Position numbers and translations under genes: made by a program
Assembly (NCBI GenBank): GCA_963719505.1
Contig: CAVRCF010000001.1
Location: forward strand, 576,001 to 640,000
Direction: 5' to 3'
Length of the DNA: 64,000 nt
Source: Halobacteriovoraceae bacterium
GTDB taxonomy: Bacteria; Bdellovibrionota; Bacteriovoracia; Bacteriovoracales; Bacteriovoracaceae
Shown here: positions 13,056 to 24,444 of the stretch, piece by piece
Layout of the letters: each line of letters starts with the position of its first letter
Position numbering within the stretch: position 1 is the stretch's first letter
The notes under the pieces: model-generated
What the model saw: only the letters and a program-made list of their open reading frames with translations
What the model was told of the DNA's origin: nothing
The model's database searches: none

Positions 13056-14805
13056 GTAACTGCTCAATAAAGTGTTCTTCAAATCTTTAAAAATATTTAT
13101 TTTGAACTAAACATCAGAAATTGTTTGGCCATCCATCTCTTTTTTGTAAATATATCTCCATGGCATTTGATGAATTAAAAAACATGGCAATGGGATGGGT
13201 AAATACTTGGAATAAAGGCAAACTCAAAAGAAAGTTAAAAGAGACTGCTCAGCGTGCTGTAGACCTTACTATAGAAAATTCAGAGTTGGAAAAAAAGAAT
13301 AGTGAACTCATAGATGAAGTTCGTCGTCTCAAAGGTGAAAAAGAAAAACCTAAAATAAAGCCAACAAATACTAGTGACCTAAATCCACCTCCGAAGAAAG
13401 AACATAAGAAAAAGTCTAAAAAGAAAGATATCGAAGTTGATGAAGAGATTGAAATTTCTCCAGATAAAAATGAACTCCCTAAAGACGCTAAATTCATCGG
13501 TTCTAGAGATGTTGTGGTCCAAGAAATAGTATTTAATCGCAGAAATATAAAATTCTCTATTAAGAGATATTACTCTGAAAGTCTCGGTAGAGTTATCGAA
13601 GGTGAGATACCTTCAGGTTTCAAGGGCCATCAGTTTGGTCCTAAACTTCGGTCCCACATTCTTTATTTGAATTACAAATTAAGAGTTCCCCACGAAAAGA
13701 TTAGAGAAATGCTCTCTGAGCTGAAAATTGATATTAGTGCAGGAACTATAAATTCAATTCTAAATAACCTGACTGATGACTTTCAGGTTGATCTGGAATC
13801 CGCAAGACATGCAGGACTAAAAAGAGATTCGAAAGTTCATATCGATGATACTGGGGCGAAAGTTAATGGAGTAAAAGCTTACACATTTGGAGTAAGCCAT
13901 AAGTACTTTACTAGCTTCACTACGAGTTTTGAAAAGAATCGTTGGGCATCGGTGGGAGCACTCTTTGGAGGTGAGCAAAGGTTTATTTTCGATAGAGCTG
14001 CAATTGATTTTATTGGTAAGAAACTAAAACGTCCCAAGGTTACAGTATTTTTTAACCTTCTAGAAAAGAAGATAAGTTTTAGTCGAGAAGAATTAGAGGT
14101 CTTTTTTGAAGATTCGACTTTCTCAGATGTAACTAAAAAACAAAAAGATATCGTTAGAACTGCTGGTGCACTTAGTTATGCGAACTCTAGAGCGAATGGA
14201 CCACCAATAAGATTTTTAATCTCAGATGAAGGGACAAATTTTAATGGGCTTCATAGGAACCATCAGCTTTGTTGGGTGCATGAGATTCGTAAATATAAGC
14301 TATGTGAGGTTTTCAAAAGAATAGAGAGTGAAACCCTTGAGAAATTGGTTCGTCAGTGGAGAGCTTTTTATAAGCTCATGAAGAGGTACAGGAATAATCC
14401 TGACGCCGTTAAGAGAATACAGATTCGATCAGAATTTGAGAGGATCACGTCTTTAAAAACATTAGTTAAACCACTGGATGCACAGCTTGGAAGAACAAGA
14501 AAGAATAGAGATAAACTTTTACTATTTTTGAAATACCCACAACTTCCTCTGGATAATAACCTTTGCGAAAGAGACCTTCGAGAACGAGTGATAAAAAGAA
14601 AAATCTCACTTCAAAACCGCTCATTGAAAGGAATGAAGTCTTGGGACTTGATGCTTTCACTGGCCTCAACTTGTAGAAAAATAAATTTGAGTTTTTGGCG
14701 ATATTTAGAAGATCGAATCTCCCAACGAGAAGAAATTCCATACCTGGGCAAGCTAGTTCAAGCTATTTAAATCCTATAAATTTAAACACAATATTGAGCA
14801 GTTAC
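13056..14805 (+). mobile_element. IS66-family insertion sequence, single-ORF (ISBst12-like) type, 1750 bp
   Basis: TIRs GTAACTGCTCAATAAAGTGTT and revcomp GTAACTGCTCAATATTGTGTT (19/21 match, GTAA ends); 8-bp TSD TAAAACAG at 13048-13055 and 14806-14813. Confidence 0.93.
13160..14770 (+). CDS. IS66-family DDE transposase (TnpC-like)
   Basis: N-terminal coiled coil; FGPKLR; HIDDTG; LISDEG; HQLCWVHEIRK; PLDNNLCERDLRERVIKRKIS; TCRK. Confidence 0.92.
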   Translation: MAFDELKNMAMGWVNTWNKGKLKRKLKETAQRAVDLTIENSELEKKNSELIDEVRRLKGEKEKPKIKPTNTSDLNPPPKKEHKKKSKKKDIEVDEEIEISPDKNELPKDAKFIGSRDVVVQEIVFNRRNIKFSIKRYYSESLGRVIEGEIPSGFKGHQFGPKLRSHILYLNYKLRVPHEKIREMLSELKIDISAGTINSILNNLTDDFQVDLESARHAGLKRDSKVHIDDTGAKVNGVKAYTFGVSHKYFTSFTTSFEKNRWASVGALFGGEQRFIFDRAAIDFIGKKLKRPKVTVFFNLLEKKISFSREELEVFFEDSTFSDVTKKQKDIVRTAGALSYANSRANGPPIRFLISDEGTNFNGLHRNHQLCWVHEIRKYKLCEVFKRIESETLEKLVRQWRAFYKLMKRYRNNPDAVKRIQIRSEFERITSLKTLVKPLDAQLGRTRKNRDKLLLFLKYPQLPLDNNLCERDLRERVIKRKISLQNRSLKGMKSWDLMLSLASTCRKINLSFWRYLEDRISQREEIPYLGKLVQAI

Positions 14806-14924
14806 TAAAACAGTGACCAAAGTTTTTACACCCCTATGTAACTTTTCTAAATTGAAAACTATGGGCGCCATATTTTGTTATTGTTGTGGCTAAAGAATCT
14901 TATCTCTATAAAAGGAGCCGACTT

Positions 14925-15575
14925 ATGCGCTTATTAACGACCTCTTTACTGGCAATGACCTTATTTAGCTCAGCCTTTGCATCTGACTATTACTGTAAGA
15001 GCTCATATGATGCTAAGCTGGAGAGAATCGAAGCTAATCGTACAGTTCGCATGATCGGACAAGGTACACTGGGCTTGGGATTAATTGTATCAGGAGTTGC
15101 CGTGCCTATGATTATCTATGGTGGTGGAGCCGCTGGGATTTCAATTATATCTGCCCTCGTTACTGGACCAACAGCACAGTGGTTAATGGAAATTGTTGAT
15201 CGTGAGGATGGTTTATTGATGGCAAAAAAATTCATTGAATTATCGCAACTAAATCGAGACGACCTTAAAGCTTCATCGTATGAAGACTTTATTGATGAGA
15301 AGTTGAAAAAAAGAAATAGAGGCTCTGATATTGAAGTCACTAGAGAGCAAGTTTATTCAGCTTACCCTTTTAGTGAATTTCAAATGAATTCAATCGTGGA
15401 CTTAGCTTTAGAAAGAGTTAATAAGAAGAGACAGAGCAGATCCTTGGAAAAATTGTCTTACGAAGGATTTCAGGCTGAAGTTGACCTTATGTTAAAAACA
15501 GATCTTTTCTGCCAAAATCGTGCCCAAACTTATCGTAAAGTTGTTAAACTTATGAAAAATAAACTCAAACACTAA
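14925..15575 (+). CDS. Hypothetical secreted protein with Gly-rich hydrophobic hairpin
   Basis: AAGGAG RBS; signal peptide MRLLTTSLLAMTLFSSAFA. Confidence 0.75.
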   Translation: MRLLTTSLLAMTLFSSAFASDYYCKSSYDAKLERIEANRTVRMIGQGTLGLGLIVSGVAVPMIIYGGGAAGISIISALVTGPTAQWLMEIVDREDGLLMAKKFIELSQLNRDDLKASSYEDFIDEKLKKRNRGSDIEVTREQVYSAYPFSEFQMNSIVDLALERVNKKRQSRSLEKLSYEGFQAEVDLMLKTDLFCQNRAQTYRKVVKLMKNKLKH

Positions 15576-15590
15576 AATTGTATTGGTAAT

Positions 15591-15623
15591 AAGGTAGTAG
15601 CTGACTTTTAAGCTCTACCTTTT
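15591..15623 (+). terminator. Probable intrinsic terminator
   Basis: AAGGTAG-t-AGCT...AGCT-CTACCTT plus TT. Confidence 0.5.
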
Positions 15624-15682
15624 GTTCAATGTAGCTCTTTAAATAACTTGAAACTTCTTTCGCACTTCATTATCATTTTATA

Positions 15683-18025
15683 ATGATAAGAAAATTAAAT
15701 AGATACCAACTTTTAATCCTATGCCTACTCTCAAGTATAAATATTATATTTTACTTCATGGGCGATATGGTTCCCGACAATACTTTTCAAATTCAAGGCG
15801 ATACGAGCTCAATCAATTCATTTACTTACTATTTGTCGTCAATGGCTTCTTACGTATCTTATTACGTTGGTCCTTGGATTATTCTTCCTTTTTTTGCCTC
15901 TGCTTTTGTCTATTCATTTCTTATTTCAAAAAGAGAAAGTGAAATTGATATTTTCATACCAACCTCTCTGATTCTAGTGTTTTATTTTTTTAGCCTTCTT
16001 ATATTTCCAAATTTGGTCGGATCAGGTCTTACGTTTTTAAGCTACAAAGCCTTCTCTACTTACACGATATTCTTTTCAACATTAATTTTTTCCATCGTTG
16101 CACTCTACCTTTGCTTACAAGGATCTTTTATCGATACCCTTCAGGCATTCCAAGTTGCTGCGGAAAGAATTGGAGCTGTTATCTGGAGATCATTTGGCCG
16201 TGGATTAAATCGATTTAAAGAGGTTTCGATAGCCGAATCTGGTAAGAGCAAAAAGATTCAACTGCAACAAAAAGCTATCGGCTTTATAAAAGATGGTGCA
16301 GAAAAACTAAAAGATGTGGCGATCAAAAAAGATAAAGAGGAGATCTCAAATACAGACAAATCTCCAGAGAAAATAACCCCCATCGTTAGGCAAAACCTTG
16401 AAGAAGTTGAAACAAAAGTAATTGTTGAAGATACTGAACAAGAAGATGATTTCGGTATGAGCACAAGTGCTTTAACTAGTAGCCATGAAAAAGAAGAGCT
16501 TTTAGACAAACCTGTAAGAAGACCGACAAAAGCGCCAACATTTTTTAAAAGTTCTGAACTTGTGGATTGCATAAATATTGCTAATAAAGTCATCAATAAC
16601 ACAGGAGATGACTCTCATTACTTTAATAAAATAATGGCAGCAATTGAAGATAAGCTTCAAGAATTTAAACTGCCTGCTAAAATTATAAATGTTTTAAAAG
16701 GTCCAGTCGTTGATACATTTGAGTTAGAGCTAGGTGAGGGTGTTAAACTTTCTAAAGTTTTGAATTTATCTGATGATATTGGACTCGCTCTTAATGGTGT
16801 ACCGATTAGAATTGTCTACCCTCTTCGTGGAAAGTCTACCATTGGTATTGAAGTTCCAAGAAACCCACGAGAAATTATTTATCTTGATGATGTTCTAAAG
16901 AATAAAGCTTATGGAAACTCAACGCTAAGATTACCTGTAATGATGGGGAAGGACGCATTTGGCGAAACAAAAGTCGTCGATCTCGCGGCTATGCCTCACA
17001 TGCTTGTTGCTGGTGCCACCGGTGCTGGTAAGTCTGTATTTATAAATACAATGCTTGTTTCTCTTATTATTAAAAAGTCACCGCGAGAATTAAAACTGAT
17101 ACTTGTCGATCCTAAGCAACTTGAACTTGCTTTGTATGAGAGACTTCCCCACCTCTTAATGCCTGTTATTACCGAGGCTAAACTCGCTTCGGTAGCGATG
17201 CTTTGGCTTGTTCAGGAAATGGATAGAAGATATTCTATTCTGAAAGACATGGCGGTTAAAAATATCGAAGGCTTTAATAAGAAAGTTAAAACTTGTGATG
17301 AAAAGATGCTTCAGAGAATTAATAAATACTATGAAGATCAGCAGGATGATGGTTATGAACTTCCCTATATCGTTTGTGTTATCGATGAATTCGCAGACCT
17401 AATTCTTACAAAAACTGGTAAAGAGATTGAAATCAATGTTAATAGACTGGCAGCTAAAGCCAGAGCAGCGGGAATTCACTTGGTTGTAGCGACACAAAGA
17501 CCATCAACTGACGTCGTGACCGGGACTATTAAGGCAAACTTTCCAACTCGAGTGGCATTTACTGTTACTACTGGGATTGATTCGAGAACTATTCTTGATC
17601 AGTATGGAGCTGAAAAACTATTGAAGCGTGGAGATATGCTATTTAAACAAGGGGTTGACCTCTTTAGACTCCACTCCGCCTATGTTGAGGAAGAAGAAAT
17701 TGAAGGCTTAGTTGATAAGCTAGCAGAAATTCCTGCTGTCTTTAATGCTAGTGCTGTTAACTTTATTGAAAATACTGGTGAAGATGATGACATGAATGGA
17801 GAGGTAAAAACTACATTTGTTTCAGGGACAAGCGATGACCCAGTTTACAATGAAGCCATTGAAATTGTTATGGATAAGGGATCAGCTTCGGCTTCAATGC
17901 TGCAACGAGCATTAAGGGTTGGGTACAATAGGGCTGCAAATATTATTGATGAAATGGAGAAAAATGGAATTGTTGGACCAGCCCAAGGTTCAAAGCCAAG
18001 AAAAGTTGTTGGACGCGCTGAGTAG
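15683..18025 (+). CDS. ftsK: DNA translocase FtsK
   Basis: N-terminal TMs; GPVV; PHMLVAGATGAGKS; VDPK; VIDEFADL; ARAAGIHLVVATQRPS; gamma domain SASMLQRALRVGYNRAA. Confidence 0.96.
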   Translation: MIRKLNRYQLLILCLLSSINIIFYFMGDMVPDNTFQIQGDTSSINSFTYYLSSMASYVSYYVGPWIILPFFASAFVYSFLISKRESEIDIFIPTSLILVFYFFSLLIFPNLVGSGLTFLSYKAFSTYTIFFSTLIFSIVALYLCLQGSFIDTLQAFQVAAERIGAVIWRSFGRGLNRFKEVSIAESGKSKKIQLQQKAIGFIKDGAEKLKDVAIKKDKEEISNTDKSPEKITPIVRQNLEEVETKVIVEDTEQEDDFGMSTSALTSSHEKEELLDKPVRRPTKAPTFFKSSELVDCINIANKVINNTGDDSHYFNKIMAAIEDKLQEFKLPAKIINVLKGPVVDTFELELGEGVKLSKVLNLSDDIGLALNGVPIRIVYPLRGKSTIGIEVPRNPREIIYLDDVLKNKAYGNSTLRLPVMMGKDAFGETKVVDLAAMPHMLVAGATGAGKSVFINTMLVSLIIKKSPRELKLILVDPKQLELALYERLPHLLMPVITEAKLASVAMLWLVQEMDRRYSILKDMAVKNIEGFNKKVKTCDEKMLQRINKYYEDQQDDGYELPYIVCVIDEFADLILTKTGKEIEINVNRLAAKARAAGIHLVVATQRPSTDVVTGTIKANFPTRVAFTVTTGIDSRTILDQYGAEKLLKRGDMLFKQGVDLFRLHSAYVEEEEIEGLVDKLAEIPAVFNASAVNFIENTGEDDDMNGEVKTTFVSGTSDDPVYNEAIEIVMDKGSASASMLQRALRVGYNRAANIIDEMEKNGIVGPAQGSKPRKVVGRAE

Positions 18026-18082
18026 TCGCTGAGAGAATGATCGCCAAATATCAAAATTTGAGAGAGAAGAAAATCTTCTCTC

Positions 18083-18111
18083 TTGCCGTTTTCAACCCTG
18101 CATGCTAAAAA
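18083..18111 (+). promoter_or_regulatory. Candidate rpsB promoter (extended -10)
   Basis: TTGCCG, 17-bp spacer ending TGc, then TAAAAA; preceded by hairpin GAGAGAAGA/TCTTCTCTC. Confidence 0.5.
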
Positions 18112-18141
18112 CACTAACAATATTTAAGCTATAAATACGTT

Positions 18142-18190
18142 AATCGCTTGATTTGGATGGTCCCTACATTTCGTGGGGTAACAAGCGATT
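18142..18190 (+). promoter_or_regulatory. Structured rpsB leader (candidate S2 autoregulatory RNA)
   Basis: AATCGCTTG/CAAGCGATT stem enclosing a CCCTAC/GTGGGG hairpin with GGGGT; upstream of AAGGAG RBS. Confidence 0.5.
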
Positions 18191-18216
18191 CGACACAACC
18201 AACCAAGGAGACATTC

Positions 18217-19003
18217 ATGGCTAAAGAATTAAGTTTAACAGAAATGCTAGAAGCAGGTGCACACTTCGGTCACCAAACTCACAAGTGGAACCCAAAAATG
18301 AAACCATATGTTTATGGTGAAAGAAACGGGATCTACATCATCGATCTTCAACAAACAGTACCAATGGCTAAGAAAGCTTATGACTTCATAAAGAAGACAG
18401 CATCTAGTGGAAAATCGGTTCTTTTTGTTGGAACTAAAAGACAAGCAGTCAGAAGTCGTTAGAAACAAGCGCTATTGAATGTGGAGCTTTCCATGTTACT
18501 AACAGATGGTTAGGTGGAATGCTTACAAATTATAAAACTATTGCTCAATCAATTGATAAACTTAGAAAAGTTGAAAAAATGAAAGAGACTGGTGACTTCA
18601 AACTTCTTAAAAAGAAAGAACAATCAAAAATCGAAAAAGATATCGCAAAGCTTAGAAAAAAACCTTGGTGGAATCAAGAACATGAGAAAGCTTCCTGGAG
18701 CTATCGTTGTTGTTGATCCAAATAATGAAAGAATTGCGGTTAAAGAGGCAAATCTTTTAGGTATTCCAGTTGTTGCAGTTGTTGATACTAACTGTGACCC
18801 AGAAGGTGTTGATTACATCGTTCCTGGAAATGACGATGCAATCAAGTCTATCACTATGTTCTCTGAGTACTTTGCTAATGCTGTTGCAGAGGGAAGTAAG
18901 AGGGGCTAAGAGAGAAACTGGTGAAGTAAAAGACATGAGTCTCTGAAAAAGAGATTCTTGAAAAATACGAAAAAGACGTTGAATTAAAGTTGAAGGTGAA
19001 TAA
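18217..19003 (+). CDS. rpsB: 30S ribosomal protein S2 (frame broken by several indels, probably sequencing errors)
   Basis: [28 protein letters not shown] and VDTNCDP...PGNDDAIKS lie in different frames. Confidence 0.93.
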
Positions 19004-19031
19004 TAATAATTAAATTATAAGGATTTGAATC

Positions 19032-19956
19032 ATGTCATTTGGTGCTAAAGATGTAAAAGAACTAAGAGAAAAAACTGGTGCAGGAATGATGGACTGTAAA
19101 AAAGCCCTTACTGAAACTAGTGGTGATATGGAAGCAGCTGTAGACTTTTTGAGAGCAAAAGGTTTAGCTGCTGCTGCAAAAAAAGCAAGTAGAATTGCTG
19201 CAGAAGGTTTGATTGGAGCAGTTGTTGAAGGTAATGTTGGTGTTGTTGTTGAAGTTAACTGTGAGACAGACTTTGTTGCAAAAAATGATGACTTTAAAAA
19301 GTTTGTAAACGATATTGCTAACTTTCTTAATCACGAGCAATGCCACAGATGTTGCAAGCTCTTAAAGCTGAAAAAATGGGCAATTCAACTGTTGACTGAA
19401 ACAGTTCAAGAGTTAACATTAAAATTGGTGAAAAAATCGATATAAGAAGATTTGAAAAAAGAACAATTTCTGGTGATGGAACAAGTTGGTTCATACGTTC
19501 ACGGTGGAAAAATTGGTGTTTTAGTTGAAGTTGCTTCTGATAAAGCAGATGCTACTAAAAACTCCTGAATTTCAAGAACTCGTTAAACGACTTATGTCTT
19601 CACACAGCAGCTGCGATCCCAAGATTTTTAAGCTCAAGTGAAATTGATGAAGATTTTAAAAAAAGAGAAGCTGAAGTTTATGAAGCTCAACTAAAAGAGC
19701 AAGGTAAGCCAGAAAATATGATTCCAAATATTATTAAAGGAAAAATGAATAAGCTTGCTTCAGAAGTTTGTCTTCTGGATCAAAAGTTTGTTAAAGATCC
19801 AGATCAGTCAATTGCTAAACTTGTTGAAAGAAGTTGGCATCAAAGATTGGTGCTAAGCTTGAAGTTAAAGGTTTTACTAAACTAGACTTAGGTGAAGGTA
19901 TTGAGAAAAAAGAGGATAACCTTGCAGATGAAGTAGCAAAGTTAACAAAAGGCTAA
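19032..19956 (+). CDS. tsf: Elongation factor Ts (frame broken by several indels, probably sequencing errors)
   Basis: [75 protein letters not shown] across frames. Confidence 0.93.
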
Positions 19957-19978
19957 GAAAATTATTTTAAAAATACTG

Positions 19979-20003
19979 AGGGACCCTTAAAGGGTCCCTT
20001 TTT
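19979..20003 (+). terminator. Intrinsic terminator after tsf
   Basis: AGGGACCCT-TAA-AGGGTCCCT followed by Ts. Confidence 0.75.
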
Positions 20004-20005
20004 AG

Positions 20006-20741
<736 letters not shown>

Positions 20742-20753
20742 AAGGAGATTTAA

Positions 20754-21311
20754 ATGATTGATGAAATTAAAACGATATTAGAAGACCAAATGACAAAGAC
20801 AATTAAGTCTCTTCAGACACAGTTCTTAAAAGTCAGAACAGGAAGAGCAAATGCCAACGTCCTCGATGGTGTTAATGTCGATTACTATGGAACGCCAACA
20901 CCTTTGAAACAAGTTGGGCAAATCTCTACTCCAGAAGCTAGGCTTCTTCAAATTCAACCGTTTGATAAGACTATTATTGCTGATATTGAAAAAGCTATTA
21001 TTAATGCTAACTTAGGTTTAAATCCTGGTAACGATGGAAATCTTATTAGAATTCAATTTCCCGCTTTAACTGAAGAAACGAGAAAAGATCTTGTTAGGCA
21101 GATCAAAAAAATGGGAGAGGATGCAAAAATATCGATTAGAAACTCTCGTAGAGATCAAAATGAAATTGTAAAAAAAGCGGAAAAAGATAAAGAAATCACT
21201 GAAGATGATGTAAAAAAGTTCGCAGATGAAATTCAAAAAGTTACAGACGTTTATGTAAAGCAAGTTGATGACATGATGATTGCTAAAGAAAAAGACTTGA
21301 TGACAGTTTAA
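20754..21311 (+). CDS. frr: Ribosome recycling factor
   Basis: RTGRAN, VDYYG, LGLNP.NDG, PALTEETRK, IRNSRR. Confidence 0.97.
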   Translation: MIDEIKTILEDQMTKTIKSLQTQFLKVRTGRANANVLDGVNVDYYGTPTPLKQVGQISTPEARLLQIQPFDKTIIADIEKAIINANLGLNPGNDGNLIRIQFPALTEETRKDLVRQIKKMGEDAKISIRNSRRDQNEIVKKAEKDKEITEDDVKKFADEIQKVTDVYVKQVDDMMIAKEKDLMTV

Positions 21312-22048
21312 TGGAATCAAGTCTTCGTCATATTGCAATCGTTATGGATGGAAATGGCCGCTGGGCTACAGAGAGAAATCGACCAAGAGTTTGGGGCCAT
21401 ATCAGAGGCTCAAATATAGTGACATCTGTGGTTGAGAAAGCCTCAGATTTAAAACTTGATGCTTTGACTCTCTACGCTTTTTCTACTGAAAATTGGTCTC
21501 GACCAGATCTTGAAATAAAAACTCTTTTTAAACTTTTAAAAAAATTTTTAAAGAAAGAGCAAAAGTCGATTCTGAAAAATAATATAGTTTTTGATGTTAT
21601 TGGAGATACCTCTGGGCTGGATCAGGCCACTCAAGATATTATTAAACAGACAAGAGACCTCTCAAGGAACAACAGCGGACTAAAATTATCTTTTGCTTTT
21701 AGCTACGGTGGTAGACAAGAAATTATTCACGCTGTTAATCAGTATATCAGAAAATCACCAGGTCTAAAAATTGATGAAAAGTTGTTGGAGCAAAACCTTT
21801 ATCGTCCAGAAATAGGAGATGTTGATCTTCTTATAAGGACTGGAGGAGACAAGAGGGTGTCTAACTTTCTTTTATGGCAAGTCAGCTATGCCGAGCTCTA
21901 TTTTACTGATATCAAATGGCCAGACTTTACGGCAAGTCAGTTTGAAGCCATAGTTGAGGAAGTTAAAAGTCGAAGCAGACGTTTTGGAAGCCTTGACAAT
22001 AATGGAAGTCTAGAAAAGACAAAAATTTTATTAGAAGGAAAACAATGA
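21311..22048 (+). CDS. uppS: Undecaprenyl diphosphate synthase
   Basis: HIAIVMDGNGRWA, YAFSTENWSRP, YGGRQEI, DLLIRTGG..RVSNFLLWQ. Confidence 0.96.
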   Translation: MESSLRHIAIVMDGNGRWATERNRPRVWGHIRGSNIVTSVVEKASDLKLDALTLYAFSTENWSRPDLEIKTLFKLLKKFLKKEQKSILKNNIVFDVIGDTSGLDQATQDIIKQTRDLSRNNSGLKLSFAFSYGGRQEIIHAVNQYIRKSPGLKIDEKLLEQNLYRPEIGDVDLLIRTGGDKRVSNFLLWQVSYAELYFTDIKWPDFTASQFEAIVEEVKSRSRRFGSLDNNGSLEKTKILLEGKQ

Positions 22049-22860
22049 GTAATACACAATTAAGAATAGTCTCAGCATTAGTTTTGGCATTGATCGTTAC
22101 TCTTTGTTTGATTATTGGTAAGTCTGCAACCCTCCTCTTTATAGGATTGGTCGGTTTTTTCGTTATAGACGAATTTATCTTGAACTTTTTGAATTTTAGC
22201 AGGAGTAACAAAAGTTATATCATCTCAATTGTAACTTTTGTGTCAGGGTATTTTTACTTTAACTTTTTTGATCATTCAGATGCTCTGACTAAAGGTCTAA
22301 ATAGCTTGGGTCTAATTATGAGTGGTGGACTTATTTACTATTTGTTCCTTACAAAACACGACTCTTTGAAAATCCAAAGGTTTCTTGGAAAATATACTTT
22401 ATTTGTAGGTATCCTTATTCTCATTCCTTTTTTAAACCTCTCTGCTATCGTTCACGAAAAGCAATGGTTGCTGAAGATGATTGGCTTAGTCATTCTAAAC
22501 TTTTCAGTTGATACAGCGGCTTGGTTTTGGGGAAAGAACTTTGGAAAAACGAAGCTTTGGCCAAAAGTTAGTCCGAAAAAAACAATTGAAGGCTTTGTTG
22601 GTGGAGTTATTTCATCAGTTTTAATTACGGGTGTATACTGGAGTATTTTTATTCAAGTCCCCTCTTCGTTTGTATTTGTCTCATTTTTTCTCATTGCCAC
22701 CTGTTCTCAAATTGGAGATCTGGTACAATCTAAGATGAAAAGACAATTCGATATCAAAGATAGTTCGAATCTAATCCCAGGCCATGGCGGGGTTTATGAC
22801 AGAGTAGATAGTTTACTTTTTGTTGCCCCTCTTTATCTATGGCTAATGTTACAATTGTAG
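22045..22860 (+). CDS. cdsA: Phosphatidate cytidylyltransferase
   Basis: SPKKTIEG; GDLVQSKMKR...IKDSS.LIPGHGGVYDRVDS; polytopic. Confidence 0.95.
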   Translation: MSNTQLRIVSALVLALIVTLCLIIGKSATLLFIGLVGFFVIDEFILNFLNFSRSNKSYIISIVTFVSGYFYFNFFDHSDALTKGLNSLGLIMSGGLIYYLFLTKHDSLKIQRFLGKYTLFVGILILIPFLNLSAIVHEKQWLLKMIGLVILNFSVDTAAWFWGKNFGKTKLWPKVSPKKTIEGFVGGVISSVLITGVYWSIFIQVPSSFVFVSFFLIATCSQIGDLVQSKMKRQFDIKDSSNLIPGHGGVYDRVDSLLFVAPLYLWLMLQL

Positions 22861-22866
22861 GTTGTT

Positions 22867-24444
22867 ATGCTTTTAGTTTACGCAGAGAAAATTTTTCATT
22901 TTATGATATTCCTAGGTCCCTTAGTTTTCTTTCATGAGCTCGGACACTTTCTTTTTGCGCGCTTAGCGGGAGTGAGAGTTGAGGTTTTCTCCATAGGGTT
23001 CGGACCTAAAATTTTTAGAAAAAAATGGGGACAAACAGAATATGCGTTGTCTCTGATTCCACTGGGTGGCTATGTAAAAATGTTCGGAGATAATCCTTTG
23101 GATGATGCTGAACTCACAGAGGAAGAAAAAAAGGTCGCATTTACTCATAAGTCTAAATGGAGACGGTTTTGGATTGTCTTTGGCGGACCTTTAGCAAACT
23201 TTATCTTAGCTTATGTTATTTATTTCTTTTTGGTTGTTAGTGGTGAAAAAGTTCCAGAGGCTAGAGTTGGAATTGTTCCTGAAAACTCTGATTACTATTC
23301 CTTAGGACTACGCTCAGGTGACGTCTTGAAAAAAATCAATGATTCTCGAATTTTAAGTTTTGACGACCTCAATATGATCGATACCAATGTTAAATCAATT
23401 ACGGTTTTCAGAAGAGGTGAGAGTGTTGAACTAGAAGTTAATACAAATGGTATTGAATTCATTCAAAACTTCTCAAAAATACGTTCTGGTTTGCGTGCGC
23501 CTATTGTTCTCAATCAAAAAGGTGAGCAGTTTTTTATATCCTTCGATGGTAAATCGGATTTCTACCTTTCTTTAGATAACCTAAAAGAAGAGCAGGGGAG
23601 AGCCTTTGAGTTAACTCCTATTATTTCTGATGTTGAACAACTTAAGAGGATTGAAGATATTGAGCTTGACTCGAATAAGTCTATAACCTTTACAGCAGCT
23701 AGTTCTGAAAGTGTTTTCAATACCCTTGTTAAAAAAGGTTATTACCCTAGAGATTTAGTGATCGAAAATGTTCTTATGGGCTCAGCAGCTGATAAAGCCG
23801 GCTTAAATAAGGGCGATATTATTTCCAAAGTTAATGGAAAAAATATTTTAAGCTTTGATGGATTGAGAAAAGAAGTTCTTGAAAGTGGTGACGGTGAAGC
23901 CATCACTGTCACTGTTCTTGAGAAAGGCAAAGAAGTTAAAAAGAGTCTGATACCTGAGATCGTTGATCAAGGCGGTCAGAAGATAAAAGCAATTGGTGTT
24001 CAAAGTGGGATCGTTTTTCTTCCTCTCAAGATGGTTGAATATAAGACAGATGGATTTTTTGCTGCAGTAGCAATGGCTTATCATAGAACTGTTGATGGGA
24101 TAGCTAAAACATTTGATGGATTTAAAAAACTAATTTTAGGCGAGGTCTCACTTAATAATCTTGGTGGTCCTTTAACTATTGGGAAGGTTGCTTCTGATTC
24201 ATTTAATGTTGGAGCCTCAATGTTCTTGAGACTTATGGCAATCATTTCTATAAATTTGGGTCTCATAAATTTATTCCCAATACCAGTTTTGGATGGCGGA
24301 CATATTGTTTTTCTTATTTTAGAGGCCATTAATGGTGGACCACTATCTAAGAAAAAGGTTCAAATTGCTCAACAGGTTGGAATGTCGATGTTGTTTCTTT
24401 TAATTTTTGTTTCATTATTTAACGATATATCTCGACTTTTTTAA
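22867..24444 (+). CDS. rseP: RIP metalloprotease RseP with PDZ domains
   Basis: HELGH, FSIGFGP, IPLGGYVKM, GGPLAN, NLFPIPVLDGG. Confidence 0.95.
   Translation: MLLVYAEKIFHFMIFLGPLVFFHELGHFLFARLAGVRVEVFSIGFGPKIFRKKWGQTEYALSLIPLGGYVKMFGDNPLDDAELTEEEKKVAFTHKSKWRRFWIVFGGPLANFILAYVIYFFLVVSGEKVPEARVGIVPENSDYYSLGLRSGDVLKKINDSRILSFDDLNMIDTNVKSITVFRRGESVELEVNTNGIEFIQNFSKIRSGLRAPIVLNQKGEQFFISFDGKSDFYLSLDNLKEEQGRAFELTPIISDVEQLKRIEDIELDSNKSITFTAASSESVFNTLVKKGYYPRDLVIENVLMGSAADKAGLNKGDIISKVNGKNILSFDGLRKEVLESGDGEAITVTVLEKGKEVKKSLIPEIVDQGGQKIKAIGVQSGIVFLPLKMVEYKTDGFFAAVAMAYHRTVDGIAKTFDGFKKLILGEVSLNNLGGPLTIGKVASDSFNVGASMFLRLMAIISINLGLINLFPIPVLDGGHIVFLILEAINGGPLSKKKVQIAQQVGMSMLFLLIFVSLFNDISRLF

Noticed and set aside
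13121..13159. TTG start extending the transposase N-terminus
   Set aside because: No RBS and the extension looks non-coding; ATG 13160 or a later ATG is more plausible.
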